The notes: generated from the letters alone by a model not told the origin. 64,000 nt of DNA from an uncultured Syntrophaceae bacterium (GCA_964645835.1 CAZYDG010000080.1:1-64000), one strand, 5' to 3'; positions 49,287 through 59,750 are shown, counted from the stretch's first letter. A program made the numbers and translations.

Positions 49287-50252
49287 TCAAAGCGTGATTT
49301 TTCCTCGGCAGGAACTTCCCATTCCTGCGGTGCAGCCGTAACAATGTTCCCCGGTGACGATCTGGCGGGTGGCGAGTTTGGCCAGGTTAAATTGTGAAAT
49401 ATGCTCCGGGGCACCGTGATTCACGGTCATGCCCAGCATCTGGTTGAAGTCGCAATCATAGAGCTTACCGTCCCAGGCAACAGACAGGGTGGTTTTGCAC
49501 ATGACGTTCGAAAGGGTCTCCCGATTGAAGGCATTGACCAAAGTCGCCATATAGTCTTCATAATTGCCGGTTCTTTGAAGATAGGCCAAATACCGGCCAA
49601 TGGGCATGTTCGTAATGCAAAAAAGATTGTTGAAAGAGATACCGAATCTTTCTTTGAGCGCTTTCCGGTAATGGTCTTCGAGACTTTCCTGTAAGCCTGG
49701 AAGATAGGCCCCGCTGGGATTATAGACCAGATTCAGGATCAGTCCATTATCGCCCTGCCCATACCCTTTTTTATTGATTTTCAGAAGGCAGTCAATTAGC
49801 CGAGAATAGACGCCTGCACCTCGTTGCCGGTCTGTTGTCTTTAAATCCATATGGGGAAAGGATATGATGATTTCTACGCGATAACGGGCATAGAGATCAA
49901 GAAGATGGGCATATGCTTTTTCAAGAAGAATCACGCCGTTTGTACGTACAAGCAATCGGCGGCCCAAAGCAGCGCATTGTTCAAGAAACCAGGTGAAATC
50001 GGGGTGCATCTCCGGGGTTCCGCCCGTGATGTCGATAGCCGGAATGGCATGACGTCTCAAAACCTGAAGGCACATCTCCATCACTGACCGCGGCATGAGT
50101 TCCAGCCGCCCCGGACCCGCTTCGACATGGCAATGCCTGCATTCCAGGTTGCACCGGTATCCAAGGTTGATCTGGAATACATCGATTCCTGCCGCTTTCA
50201 AAGGGCTGTCCGACATCTGTTCGAAGGATGGATGCATGGAGCTTCCGTCCAT
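49287..50252 (-). CDS. Radical SAM / Cys-rich-domain protein of the ArsS-like family
   Basis: CNLECRHC (CxxxCxxC) rSAM motif. C-terminal Cys-rich tail (CDFNQ...EHCYGCTAGMGSSCRG). Translationally coupled to the upstream AhpD-like gene. Confidence 0.8.
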   Translation of the reverse strand: MDGSSMHPSFEQMSDSPLKAAGIDVFQINLGYRCNLECRHCHVEAGPGRLELMPRSVMEMCLQVLRRHAIPAIDITGGTPEMHPDFTWFLEQCAALGRRLLVRTNGVILLEKAYAHLLDLYARYRVEIIISFPHMDLKTTDRQRGAGVYSRLIDCLLKINKKGYGQGDNGLILNLVYNPSGAYLPGLQESLEDHYRKALKERFGISFNNLFCITNMPIGRYLAYLQRTGNYEDYMATLVNAFNRETLSNVMCKTTLSVAWDGKLYDCDFNQMLGMTVNHGAPEHISQFNLAKLATRQIVTGEHCYGCTAGMGSSCRGKITL

Positions 50253-50254
50253 TG

Positions 50255-50587
50255 TTACATTTCCTTTTTCTTAACGATTTTTCTCATTTGCGTGGAATGA
50301 GCCAGAACGACGCCGGCAGTGATGGCCGCGCCTACATGAACGGATTCCATCATTTCCTCTTGGGAAATGCCAAGAGAAAGGCACTCATTTGTATAAGCGT
50401 CGATGCAATAAGGGCACCTCTGCGTTGTGGACACGGCCAGGGCGATCAGCGCTTTTTCCCTTGCCGTCAGGGCGCCGGCTTTCATCGCCTCGCCATAGTA
50501 TGCAAAATACATCTCCCCCAAGGCCGGTGCATATTCGCCGATATTTGTGAAATCCGTCAGGTCTTTTGACTCATAATAGTCAGACAT
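50255..50587 (-). CDS. AhpD-like / carboxymuconolactone decarboxylase family protein (CxxC peroxidase-like)
   Basis: 110 aa. CMD-family signature TQRCPYCIDAY. RBS AAGGAAA. Confidence 0.75.
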   Translation of the reverse strand: MSDYYESKDLTDFTNIGEYAPALGEMYFAYYGEAMKAGALTAREKALIALAVSTTQRCPYCIDAYTNECLSLGISQEEMMESVHVGAAITAGVVLAHSTQMRKIVKKKEM

Positions 50588-50622
50588 ACAGCCGTTTCCT
50601 TTCCATGTCTTGTCCCGTTATG

Positions 50623-51243
50623 TCAGGGACGCAGGAGCCGTGCAGCACCTGCCATGGTTTCGACAATATCGTACATGTTTGAAATGTGCCCCACGGCAAT
50701 TTGGTCTCCAAGGCTGAAATAGTTGATGCAGGTCCCGCAAACCAGAATCTCTGTCCCGGCCTTTTCCAATGACTGCAAATCATCCAGGACAGTCGAGTCT
50801 CCAGTAGCCAGCTTGACGCCGGCATTATAACAAATAATGGTATCGGGCAGAGGTTTCAATTGTAGAAGGGTATGGATAAAGCTTCGTATCAGAACATCCC
50901 CCAGAGTATCATCACCTCGTCCCATGCGGTTGTCCGAAAGGACTACAACAAGGGCGCCCGTTGCCTTTTCAGTAGAGCAGGCAAGCTCTTCAGCAAAGGC
51001 CTCGGCATCCATCTGGTGCTCCTCCGACGCTGCTGTTCGGGCCAAAAAAATTTCCCGGATACCGTTTCCTCTATCAGTTACAGAGACAGTGCAGGCCATT
51101 TTAACAGCGAGTCGCCGAATATTCTCCACTGCGGCGTCATTATCGACGAGGATGGTCATGGCTTGGTTGTCTTCGATGGCCTTTTTCGCCAAAATTACAG
51201 GTTGCGGGCAGGCAAGCCCTCGGGCGTCAATGGTTACCGGCAT
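50623..51243 (-). CDS. yedF: YedF-like protein (N-terminal TusA/SirA-like CPxP domain fused to a DsrE/DsrF-like domain)
   Basis: ARGLACPQPV TusA motif, followed by a DsrE-like domain with conserved Cys (ILVCGTC). Confidence 0.75.
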   Translation of the reverse strand: MPVTIDARGLACPQPVILAKKAIEDNQAMTILVDNDAAVENIRRLAVKMACTVSVTDRGNGIREIFLARTAASEEHQMDAEAFAEELACSTEKATGALVVVLSDNRMGRGDDTLGDVLIRSFIHTLLQLKPLPDTIICYNAGVKLATGDSTVLDDLQSLEKAGTEILVCGTCINYFSLGDQIAVGHISNMYDIVETMAGAARLLRP

Positions 51244-51337
51244 AGGTTATGTCCTTTTATCAGTTGCTTGATAGCAACATTATTTCATGATCCTTTCTCA
51301 CCTGCAAGGTCTTTCAGCAACAGATCTTTCAGTAATA

Positions 51338-51865
51338 GAATTGAGATGTGCGGGGCATTGGTCTTACGGTTCAGGTGATTTTCCCCTATTTCAATTGCAG
51401 TTTACGGTAGTTATACCAGTTGGGGAAAATCATATTTACCTCCAGACCAAACCCCGCCCATCCTGTACAGATTTTATCAAAGTATTTGTGGTTCTGTGGT
51501 GTATTACAGATGGAATTGAGATGTGCGGGGCATTGGTCTTTACGGTTCAGGTGATTTTCCCCTATTTCAATTGCAGTTTACGGTAGTTATACCAGTCGGG
51601 AAAAATCATATTCACCTTCAGACCAAAACCCCGCCCATCCTGGACAGATTTTTTCAAAGTATTTGTGGTTCTGTGGTGTATTACAGATGGAATTGAGATG
51701 TGCGGGGCATTGGTCTTACGGTTCAGGTGATTTTCCCCTATTTCAATCGCAATTAACAGCAGTTATACCAGTCGGGAAAAATCATATTCACCTCCAGACC
51801 AAAACTCCGCCCATCTTGGGCAGCTTTTATTAAAGTCTTTTGGGCTTTTGTGGTGTATTCGGAAA
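51338..51865. repeat. Three tandem direct repeats of about 176 bp, each with nested inverted repeats (predicted extended hairpin)
   Basis: Units begin at 51338, 51513 and 51690 (gaattgagatgtgcggggcattggtc...). Within each unit GCGGGGCATTGGTC pairs with GACCAAACCCCGC, and GATTTTCCCC pairs with GGGGAAAATC. Confidence 0.8.
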
Positions 51866-51922
51866 TAAGGTAGCCTTAATTAAGATAATTATGTTTCTCG
51901 ACATATTAATGATTAGTAGCCA

Positions 51923-53269
51923 TCACGCGATTTTGTTGCTTCTTCTCCAGATACCCTGATTTTGTGCTGCTTTGATCAGGTCGTCACGCTTGTCGGGATG
52001 GGCGATGCTGATGAGCAGGGCCGCCCGTTCCCATGTGGATTTCCCTTTAAGGTTGACCATGCCGAATTCTGTCACGATATAGTGCACAACCGTATATGGA
52101 ACCGTAACGATGGCTCCGGGCGTCAGTGTGGGGACAATTCGTGATTTGATTTCTCCACTTTTCTTATTAAGTTTCGTCGCGCTCATGCAAATGAAAGCCT
52201 TTCCTCCCTTAGAGAGATAGGCGCCGTAAGTGTAGTCGAATTGCCCGCCCGTCCCGGATATCTGCCTTACGCCTGACGACTCGGAACAGACTTGACCGTA
52301 AAGATCGATTTCCACTGCGTTGTTGATGGCCACCATGTTGTTGTTCATGGCGATGCGCGAGGGATTATTGGTATAGTCGCAAGGATATATTGCACAAGTG
52401 GGATTATGATCGAGAAATTCGTAGAGCTTGGAACTTCCCATGGCGAAAGTATAGACCATTTTACCTGTATCCACAGACTTCTTCGAATTGTTGACTCGAC
52501 CTGCCTGACACATGTCGACAAACGAGTCACAAAGCATTTCCGTATGGACGCCTAGATCTTTCAAGTCGGATTGAGCAATCATCATCCCGACCGCATTCGG
52601 CATGCCGCCGATACCAAGTTGAATGCACGAGCCATCATGGATCTCATCGACGATAAATTTGGCAATCTTGCTGTCTTCCTCGCTCATCGGGAGTGCTGGT
52701 ACACTGAAGAGCGGCTGGTTGTCTGATTCGACGATATGGTGCACTTCGGAAATATGCAGCGCTTCGCTAAAGCCGCCATAGCAGTAAGGAACAGCATCGT
52801 TCACTTCAACGATAATCTTCTTTGAGCGACGGCTGGTGGCCTTGGACGACGAGCATGATGGCCCGAAATTGAAGTAGCCGCTCTTGTTCATCGGGGCAAC
52901 TTTCACGATGAAAACGTCTGACTGGCAGAACCCATTGTCCCAGTAGGAAGCGCCTTCAGAATAGAGAAGGGGAATGTAATTGCAAAGTCCTTTGTCGTGA
53001 AGCATGCGATCACCACCGCTGAAATGCCAGCAGTTGTAGTTGAACTTCTCCCGCGTGGGATCCGCCACTGCGACGGCTGCCAGACCCGGATAAGTGACTC
53101 CGCACACATTGACATCGGTTAATTCATCGGCTCGTTTGGCCAGAAACGGATCAAGATATGTCGGAGAGCAGGCAAAGTGACCGTAATTCACCCAATCGCC
53201 GGATTTTACGATGCCAACAGCGTCCTCGGCAGTAGTCAGTTTATTCTTGTATTCTTCCATGTAATTCAT
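51923..53269 (-). CDS. abfT: 4-hydroxybutyrate CoA-transferase (acetyl-CoA hydrolase/transferase family)
   Basis: About 448 aa. Family-typical N- and C-terminal CoA-transferase domains. RBS AAGGAGA before ATG 53269 (the ORF track starts further upstream). Confidence 0.85.
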   Translation of the reverse strand: MNYMEEYKNKLTTAEDAVGIVKSGDWVNYGHFACSPTYLDPFLAKRADELTDVNVCGVTYPGLAAVAVADPTREKFNYNCWHFSGGDRMLHDKGLCNYIPLLYSEGASYWDNGFCQSDVFIVKVAPMNKSGYFNFGPSCSSSKATSRRSKKIIVEVNDAVPYCYGGFSEALHISEVHHIVESDNQPLFSVPALPMSEEDSKIAKFIVDEIHDGSCIQLGIGGMPNAVGMMIAQSDLKDLGVHTEMLCDSFVDMCQAGRVNNSKKSVDTGKMVYTFAMGSSKLYEFLDHNPTCAIYPCDYTNNPSRIAMNNNMVAINNAVEIDLYGQVCSESSGVRQISGTGGQFDYTYGAYLSKGGKAFICMSATKLNKKSGEIKSRIVPTLTPGAIVTVPYTVVHYIVTEFGMVNLKGKSTWERAALLISIAHPDKRDDLIKAAQNQGIWRRSNKIA

Positions 53270-53282
53270 GGCATATTCTCCT

Positions 53283-54017
53283 TTAAGGTTTGATGAACGG
53301 TTTTGGTACGGGAATAATTGCTTTTCCGTAAGCCGTGTTAACCATGATCGCACCGGCATGATAGAGCGAACTGAGACCGATGAATACAAAGCCATAAGCG
53401 ATGATCAACTTTGTCGTCTTGACATCGATGATACTGAACCATCCAGTATCCAGACCCGCAAGGAGGAATAGCAGGATATCGGCCAAAACAAATCCTGAAA
53501 AGAAAACCCAACTTCCCCGAGCATAGCATGGGGTCGCAACGGTCAGAAATCCTGCGCCTGCCATCCACATCCAGCCTTCAACATGCACCGCTTTCTGAAT
53601 CATGGCGCCGACGGCTGGACCGACACTAGACATAGCCGTCTTGATCTGGTCGGGAGACAGCATGTCCGGCTTCAGGCCGGCAGCGGCAGCGGCCGCTTCC
53701 AGGGCCGCCTTGGCGGCTTTAGGTCCAAATATGAAGGAAATCATATACCATTTCATAAAGACGCTCATGGCTGCCGCCAACATGAAAAAAGCGCTGAAGA
53801 AAAGAAAAACGTTGCCGCCTGCAATGTTATGATCTTTCATCTCCACAATGCCTACAATAAACTGTACGATAAAACCGGCTACGAGCCAGCAGGCCAGAAG
53901 CGGTAGACCGTTTACATCCACTAATCCGAGAAAATAGGCCGCAAATCCGAAAACGGCAATTGCCAGCGCTCCTAAACCCGCCGGAGCCGGTGATGCAAAA
54001 CTGTGATCTTGAGACAT
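53283..54017 (-). CDS. GPR1/FUN34/YaaH (SatP)-family acetate/succinate transporter
   Basis: Six TM helices. N-terminal (N/S)PAPxGL motif ([14 protein letters not shown]). RBS AAGGGGGG. Confidence 0.75.
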   Translation of the reverse strand: MSQDHSFASPAPAGLGALAIAVFGFAAYFLGLVDVNGLPLLACWLVAGFIVQFIVGIVEMKDHNIAGGNVFLFFSAFFMLAAAMSVFMKWYMISFIFGPKAAKAALEAAAAAAGLKPDMLSPDQIKTAMSSVGPAVGAMIQKAVHVEGWMWMAGAGFLTVATPCYARGSWVFFSGFVLADILLFLLAGLDTGWFSIIDVKTTKLIIAYGFVFIGLSSLYHAGAIMVNTAYGKAIIPVPKPFIKP

Positions 54018-54134
54018 AAAACCCCCCTTATTTGATTGTTTGATGATGCTGTCAAAACCATTGTCCAACTTTAATATGCCGTATCCATGATATTGCCGCG
54101 CCCTGCATCACCTCCTTCTATAACGGATCGAGAC

Positions 54135-55592
54135 TCAGTCGTTGATATCAGCCAGAGCCTTCGCCCATTTGATCTTCTGCGGAAGCATGCCCAGACGCTG
54201 GTACATGACACGCTGACTCTGAGGAGGACCAGCACCGTGCATGCTTTCGACCAGGCATGTCCCGCCAGTCATGTTCTCGATGAGCCGCAGGATCTTCATC
54301 CTAGACAAGACCGGTATACCGGCGACTCCGGCCATGTATTTTTCGACAAACTTTCCTATTTCGGGGCTCTTGAAATCATTGGCAAACGGCATGGTCGCCA
54401 TGATCCCGCCGGCCACATCATGGGCCAGGCGGGAGATCTCATAGATGTTGCGGGTTATGTTATGCTTCGTACAATTTGCGAGGATCGGATCTGGATAGAA
54501 AGAGCCGCATGCGGTCTTCGATCCCATGGCCGAACAGGCAATGGAACCTGAATAGACCGTCTCCGCCAGGTGCATCATCTCGATGATCTTGTCCTTGACA
54601 TGAGAGGCGTTTGCCGTGCCCTGATACTGGGTAGCCAAAGCTGTGGCCCCGATAATGATATCCGACACGCCACCCTTGCAGCCTCCGTAATTCTGCCGAT
54701 GGAAGGTGGCGAAGCGCTCGACAAGAAGGCCGCTGAAGGCAGTCTCGCCGCACATGAAGACCCGTTCCCAGGGAACAAAGACATCCTCGAAGACGACAAG
54801 CGCCTCGCCGCCCACAACGCCGAATTCTTTATTGCCGGCATCGATTCCATCTTCGAGCTTCCTTTCCTCATTTGTCTGGCGACCGAAGATCAGCGTGATT
54901 CCAGGCGAATTGAGTGGAATGGCGGCGGCCACGGCATAGTCTTCATCGCCCCGGCCCATGTTCTGCGTGGGCATGATGAGAATTTCGTGACTGTTCACGG
55001 CGCCCGTCTGGTGCGCCTTCGCCCCGCGGATCACAATGCCGTTTTCGCGCTTCTCGACGATGCGGGTGAAGAGATCCGGATCTGCTTGTTCACCGGGACG
55101 TTTGGAGCGGTCGCCCTTCGGATCGGTCATGCCGCCCACCACCATGCGGTTCTCTTCCTGGATCATCTTCAGGAAAGCGACAAAACGGCGGAAGTAATCG
55201 GTCTTGCATGCAGCGTCAATCTCGTAGGTGGTCATATAGAGGGCATTCATGGCATCAAAGCCGACACATCGCTGATAGCAGCTCCCCGTTTCATGGGAGA
55301 TGAGACGCAGCATCTGGACTTTCCTCATTAGGTCATCCACCGACTGATGGATATGCGTAAATCGACTGATTTTTTTGCCCGTCAAGTGGCTGGTCGCCGT
55401 CAGCAGATCTTCGGTTTCCGGATTCAGCGCAAGCTCATAGGTTTTTGCGGCGGCGTTGATATGGGGAATGAAGGCCGGATGGGCCGTCACGTCGTCAATC
55501 TTCTTTCCGTTGTAATAGACATTCAAATGCTGTTCCTGCAAACTTCTAATGTAATCTTCTTTCGTCTTGATCATGATCTCCTCACTTTTCAT
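54135..55592 (-). CDS. abfD: 4-hydroxybutyryl-CoA dehydratase / vinylacetyl-CoA delta-isomerase
   Basis: 485 aa HpaB-fold flavoprotein with Cys-rich [4Fe-4S] ligands (SCYQRCVG ... C). Typical AbfD length. Confidence 0.88.
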   Translation of the reverse strand: MKSEEIMIKTKEDYIRSLQEQHLNVYYNGKKIDDVTAHPAFIPHINAAAKTYELALNPETEDLLTATSHLTGKKISRFTHIHQSVDDLMRKVQMLRLISHETGSCYQRCVGFDAMNALYMTTYEIDAACKTDYFRRFVAFLKMIQEENRMVVGGMTDPKGDRSKRPGEQADPDLFTRIVEKRENGIVIRGAKAHQTGAVNSHEILIMPTQNMGRGDEDYAVAAAIPLNSPGITLIFGRQTNEERKLEDGIDAGNKEFGVVGGEALVVFEDVFVPWERVFMCGETAFSGLLVERFATFHRQNYGGCKGGVSDIIIGATALATQYQGTANASHVKDKIIEMMHLAETVYSGSIACSAMGSKTACGSFYPDPILANCTKHNITRNIYEISRLAHDVAGGIMATMPFANDFKSPEIGKFVEKYMAGVAGIPVLSRMKILRLIENMTGGTCLVESMHGAGPPQSQRVMYQRLGMLPQKIKWAKALADIND

Positions 55593-57388
55593 GTCATAAA
55601 ATGCGTTTCTTCAATCTTCATCAGGGACCGGTCATGTCTGTTGATGGCCGCAATTCTGCCATGGACTGCGGGAAGAATAGTGTTGGTATAGAACTGTGCC
55701 GTCAGGATTTTCGCCTCGTAATAGTTTTCGGTTTCGGTGTCTTGAGCCTGTTTGAGGCAGGCAATTGCGGCCTGCCAGATAAGTATCCACCCAATGACCA
55801 CGTCGCCTAAGATTTCCAGATAGGGTGTTGCCCAGGAATAGGCCAGATAGGCGTCCTCGGTTGAGGAGGCAGCGATCAGCGAATCCGTCAGGGTCGCTAT
55901 GGCCGCAACCGCATGCCCCAACTCCTGGGCAGAATCCCACAGTTTATCTATCTCCATTGCCGATAAAACAGTCTCTTTCATACGGTCCACAAGCAGCGCA
56001 AAGGCCCGCCCTTTCTTCATCCTGATTTTCCTGCCGAAGAGATCCATCGCCTGGATGCCATTTGTGCCTTCGTAGATGGAGGTGATCTTGCTGTCCCGGG
56101 CGCACTGCTCAACCTTGTACTCATGGCAGTAGCCGTAGCCGCCGTGAACCTGGATGGCGCGGACGCAGGTATCGAAACCGCGGTCGGAGCAATAAGCCTT
56201 GCAGATGGGTGTCAGGATTTCGACCAGATCGTGCCATTCGCTCCTGTCGGCATCGTTTTCGGCCACCGCCTCCTTGTCCATGCAGTAGGCCGTAAAGAGG
56301 ATGAGTGCCCTCATGCCTTCCGAATGGGCCTTCATCCAGACAAGATTTCTCCGGACGTCGGGATGATTGATGATGGCCGCCTGCGAGGTGTCCTTTGCGC
56401 CGAATGTTGGTCCCTGGCGTCTTTCGGAGGCAAAATGCAGCGTGTGATGATAGGCCGCCGATGCCTGGGCCATGCCCTGCATGCCGACGAGAATGCGCTG
56501 CTCGTTCATCATGTGGAACATAACCTGGATGCCCTTGCGTTCCGGTCCCAGAAGCTCTGCTTGACAGTGGCCCCGGTCGCCGAAGTTGAGCACGGCAGTC
56601 GCTGAACCTTTCATGCCCATTTTGTGCTCGATGCCGGAACAGACGATGTCATTATCAGCGAGCATTGTCCCCGTCTCATCCAGTCTGATCTTGGGAAGGA
56701 CAAAACACGTTAGGCCTCCGGTTCCCTCCGGATCGCCTTCAATCCGCGCCAGAAGAATATGGATAATATTCTCCGTCAGGTCCTGCTCTCCTCCCGTAAT
56801 GAAGATCTTGCTGCCCGTGATACTGAAGGAGCCGTCACCGTTGCGCACCGCTTTTGTGCGTATGGAGCCCACGTCGGAACCGGCCTGGGCTTCCGTAAGA
56901 TCCATGACACCGGCATACCGGCCCTCATAGAGGGGAACCATGTATTTTCTCTTCTGCTCTTCTGTGCCATAGAGCTCGATGACCTTGGCGGCGCTGTGGG
57001 TCAGGCCCGTATAGCCCATCAATGAATGGTTGGCGGCAAAGAACATCATGCTGCATGCATAGTGGAGTGAGCGAGGGGCATTCTGCCCGCCGACGCTGTA
57101 ATCCTCCGCCAAGGACATCCAGCCGCCCTCGCAGAACTTCTGATAAGGCGCCCGGTAGGGCTCGGGAATCATGACCCGTCCCTCTTTCCAGGCACAGCCG
57201 ATTTTATCACCAGGGCCGTTGGCAGGTGCGAAATCATTCTCGGCGAGTTTTTCGGCTGCCGTCAGAATCATCTCGAATGTTTCCCGCGAATGATCGTCAA
57301 AACGCGCCTCCCGGCAGAGTTCCTCAATGTGCAACTGTTCATAAAGAATAAAGCGGGTATCCCGCAGATCATTTAAATTGCTTGTCAT
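55589..57388 (-). CDS. Long-type acyl-CoA dehydrogenase (about 600 aa, with C-terminal extension)
   Basis: ACAD N, middle and C domains (YAGVMDLTEAQAGSDV, FITGGEQD...). C-terminal helical extension. ATGA overlap with abfD. Confidence 0.85.
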   Translation of the reverse strand: MTSNLNDLRDTRFILYEQLHIEELCREARFDDHSRETFEMILTAAEKLAENDFAPANGPGDKIGCAWKEGRVMIPEPYRAPYQKFCEGGWMSLAEDYSVGGQNAPRSLHYACSMMFFAANHSLMGYTGLTHSAAKVIELYGTEEQKRKYMVPLYEGRYAGVMDLTEAQAGSDVGSIRTKAVRNGDGSFSITGSKIFITGGEQDLTENIIHILLARIEGDPEGTGGLTCFVLPKIRLDETGTMLADNDIVCSGIEHKMGMKGSATAVLNFGDRGHCQAELLGPERKGIQVMFHMMNEQRILVGMQGMAQASAAYHHTLHFASERRQGPTFGAKDTSQAAIINHPDVRRNLVWMKAHSEGMRALILFTAYCMDKEAVAENDADRSEWHDLVEILTPICKAYCSDRGFDTCVRAIQVHGGYGYCHEYKVEQCARDSKITSIYEGTNGIQAMDLFGRKIRMKKGRAFALLVDRMKETVLSAMEIDKLWDSAQELGHAVAAIATLTDSLIAASSTEDAYLAYSWATPYLEILGDVVIGWILIWQAAIACLKQAQDTETENYYEAKILTAQFYTNTILPAVHGRIAAINRHDRSLMKIEETHFMT

Positions 57389-57461
57389 TTCAATCTTCCT
57401 CTTTTCTATTCGACACTCCAGTTCATGTAGAAACTGTGATGACTTCGGAATTATGATTTGG

Positions 57462-58673
57462 TCAATCGACGCGGATGACGGCGGCATCTCCCTGGGCCAA
57501 GCCTCCGCAGATGCCGCAGGCACCGATGCCTCCGCCACGCCGCCGCAGTTCGTAGACCATGGTCAGAAGGATCCGTGCGCCGCTGGCGCCGACGGGATGC
57601 CCCATGGCAATGGCGCCGCCATTGGGGTTGGTCTTTGCCGCCACTGTCTCCCATCGGTTCTCATAGATATCTGCCAGGAGTTTTGTCGAGACAAGGGGCA
57701 CAGCAGCAAATGCCTCATTTATTTCAACTACATCCACTTGATCGAGAGTTAAATGGGCCTTTGCCAGCGCACGTTGAATAGCTAAGCCGGGCACCTCCGC
57801 CATCCGTCGGGGCGCCTTGGCTATGCTGGCCATGGATATAATTGTTGCCAGGGGTTTGGCGCCAAGGGCTTTTGCTTGAGATCTTGTCATGACGATTACT
57901 GCCGATGCTCCGGCATCGAGACCGGGGGCGTTTCCCGCTGTAACGGTGGGACTTCCATAAACGGTTTTCAGCTTTGCCAATCCATCCAGCGTTGTATCGG
58001 CCTTGGGAAAATCATCGGCGGCAAATATCTTGGCTGGTCCTCGTTTCTGTGGAATCTCCACCGGCACGATTTCATCGGCGAACTTGCCTGCCGCTTTCGC
58101 AGTTTGATATTTACGTTGGGAATCGAGCGCCCATCCGTCTTGCATCTCCCTGGTAATCCCGTATTCAAGGGCCACCTCCCCGGCATCGGCAGCGAGTATA
58201 CCGAAACCGTTGTACTGGATGGGATTCAAGTGGTCGACCATGGCCAGAGGCGTAAGTCCGCGCCCCCATCGGTGGCCATTTATCACCACCGGAGTATTGC
58301 TCATATTCTCCGCCCCAACGGCCATGCAGGTCTTCGCCTCGCCGAGACGAATCGCCCGGTAGGCGAGCTGCACACAGACGAGAGATGAGCAACAGGCGCG
58401 ATCCACCGTGAGCGAGATCAGATCTTCCGGCAGGCCGGCTTTCAGGAGGGCTTGACGCCCGATGACATTATAATTGAGTGCAGCTTCGGACTGGATGCAC
58501 ATGCCGTAGTAGAGTTCGTCCAGATCGGCACCTTTAAGCCCCGCCTGGCCGAGGCATGCCTTGATGGCGGCAATGCCGAGTTCCATGCTGTGCATTTCGC
58601 GCAGATCGCCACCAAATCGGGAAAACGGCGTTCTCACACCGCTGACAATAACGATTTCATCTTTCTTATCCAT
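57462..58673 (-). CDS. Acetyl-CoA C-acetyltransferase (thiolase II)
   Basis: Active-site regions VDRACCSSL, GHPVGASG and CGGLAQG. Confidence 0.9.
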   Translation of the reverse strand: MDKKDEIVIVSGVRTPFSRFGGDLREMHSMELGIAAIKACLGQAGLKGADLDELYYGMCIQSEAALNYNVIGRQALLKAGLPEDLISLTVDRACCSSLVCVQLAYRAIRLGEAKTCMAVGAENMSNTPVVINGHRWGRGLTPLAMVDHLNPIQYNGFGILAADAGEVALEYGITREMQDGWALDSQRKYQTAKAAGKFADEIVPVEIPQKRGPAKIFAADDFPKADTTLDGLAKLKTVYGSPTVTAGNAPGLDAGASAVIVMTRSQAKALGAKPLATIISMASIAKAPRRMAEVPGLAIQRALAKAHLTLDQVDVVEINEAFAAVPLVSTKLLADIYENRWETVAAKTNPNGGAIAMGHPVGASGARILLTMVYELRRRGGGIGACGICGGLAQGDAAVIRVD

Positions 58674-58763
58674 TGATACCATCTCTTTCTACTATAATAT
58701 AAATTTTATACTAATATCTTAATATATGGCGATGACACACCGGTCGTTCGGATTAAGATTTCC

Positions 58764-59531
58764 TCACCAGATTGTATAGCCGCCGTCGATTGTCAGTACG
58801 GCGCCTGTCATATAGCCGGAAGCTTCCGAGGCGAGAAACATGGCCGCCCCAACTATTTCTTCGGGCTTCCCCAAGCGCTTGAGGGGGATTTTAAACCGGA
58901 GAAATTTCTTATGGGTCTCATCTTCCTGCTGTTGCCGTGTCATTTCCGTTTCAAAGAAGCCTGGTGCAATGCAGTTGACATTAATGCCGAATGGCGCCCA
59001 TTCAAGTGCCAGAGCTCGCGTCATCTGAGCAATGCCTGCCTTGGTGACGCAGTATGGCATCGTGACGTTTGCTGCCATGGTCCCCAGGATTGATCCGATA
59101 TTGATAATCTTGCCGCTATGACGCTCAACCATGCCCGCGCCCACAGCCTTGGAGAGGAGAAAGGCAGACTTCAGGTTTGTATCGATCACATCTTCCCAAT
59201 CCTCAACAGTCGTATCGAGGGCATACTTCATCGGAGCGATGCCGGCGTTGTTGATTAGAATATCCACTCGGCCGTATATGGAGAGGACCTTCTGTACCAT
59301 TGCGTCAATGCTTTCGGGGCTCTTGACATCAGTGGAGACGGCAATCGCCTTACCGCCCTTCTGAGTGATGTCATTCGCCGTTTCTTCAATCAGCGCCTTT
59401 GACCGGCTTGTCACCACGACCTTTGCGCCGCCCTCTCCGAGAGCCAGAGCCATCTCTCGGCCAAGCCCCTTGCTGCCGCCCGTCACGATGGCCACCTTGT
59501 CCGATGTCTTGAATCTTTCGAGATAATCCAT
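58764..59531 (-). CDS. SDR-family oxidoreductase (3-hydroxyacyl-CoA / 3-oxoacyl reductase-like)
   Basis: TGGSKGLG Rossmann motif, NNAG, catalytic YxxxK (YCVTK). Start taken at MDYLERF. Confidence 0.85.
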   Translation of the reverse strand: MDYLERFKTSDKVAIVTGGSKGLGREMALALGEGGAKVVVTSRSKALIEETANDITQKGGKAIAVSTDVKSPESIDAMVQKVLSIYGRVDILINNAGIAPMKYALDTTVEDWEDVIDTNLKSAFLLSKAVGAGMVERHSGKIINIGSILGTMAANVTMPYCVTKAGIAQMTRALALEWAPFGINVNCIAPGFFETEMTRQQQEDETHKKFLRFKIPLKRLGKPEEIVGAAMFLASEASGYMTGAVLTIDGGYTIW

Positions 59532-59576
59532 AACTTGCCCGGCAATTATCCTTTCCTTCGATTTGCCGTTCAATAT

Positions 59577-59592
59577 TGCACTGCTTGTGCCA
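59577..59592 (-). promoter_or_regulatory. Sigma-54 (-24/-12) promoter candidate for the SDR-thiolase-ACAD-abfD-satP-abfT operon
   Basis: The minus strand reads TGGCACaagcaGTGCA (consensus TGGCAC-N5-TTGCA, one mismatch), about 50 nt upstream of ATG 59531. Confidence 0.5.
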
Positions 59593-59689
59593 ACACGCAC
59601 GACGAGCAGGCCATGCCATATAAATCGTTGAATATATTTTAAAATTATTAAAGCTTGCATTTAGATTCAATCTGTGATGTTTCAATAAC

Positions 59690-59729
59690 TGTCCCATAGC
59701 GGGACGGTATCGTGTCCCGATACGGAACA
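59690..59729. promoter_or_regulatory. Two inverted-repeat enhancer-like sites (TGTCCC-N5-GGGACG and TGTCCC-N5-GGAACA), likely UAS for the adjacent sigma-54 activator
   Basis: Palindromes at 59690-59706 and 59713-59729, about 100-140 bp upstream of the sigma-54 promoter and just upstream of the regulator gene. Confidence 0.45.
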
Positions 59730-59750
59730 TAATAGAGGAGATATTTAGCC

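Noticed and set aside
51338-51865. Possible CRISPR array
   Set aside because: The repeat unit is about 176 bp with no interspersed unique spacers. It is a tandem direct repeat, not a CRISPR.
54570-55331. 253-aa plus-strand ORF
   Set aside because: Antisense to abfD.
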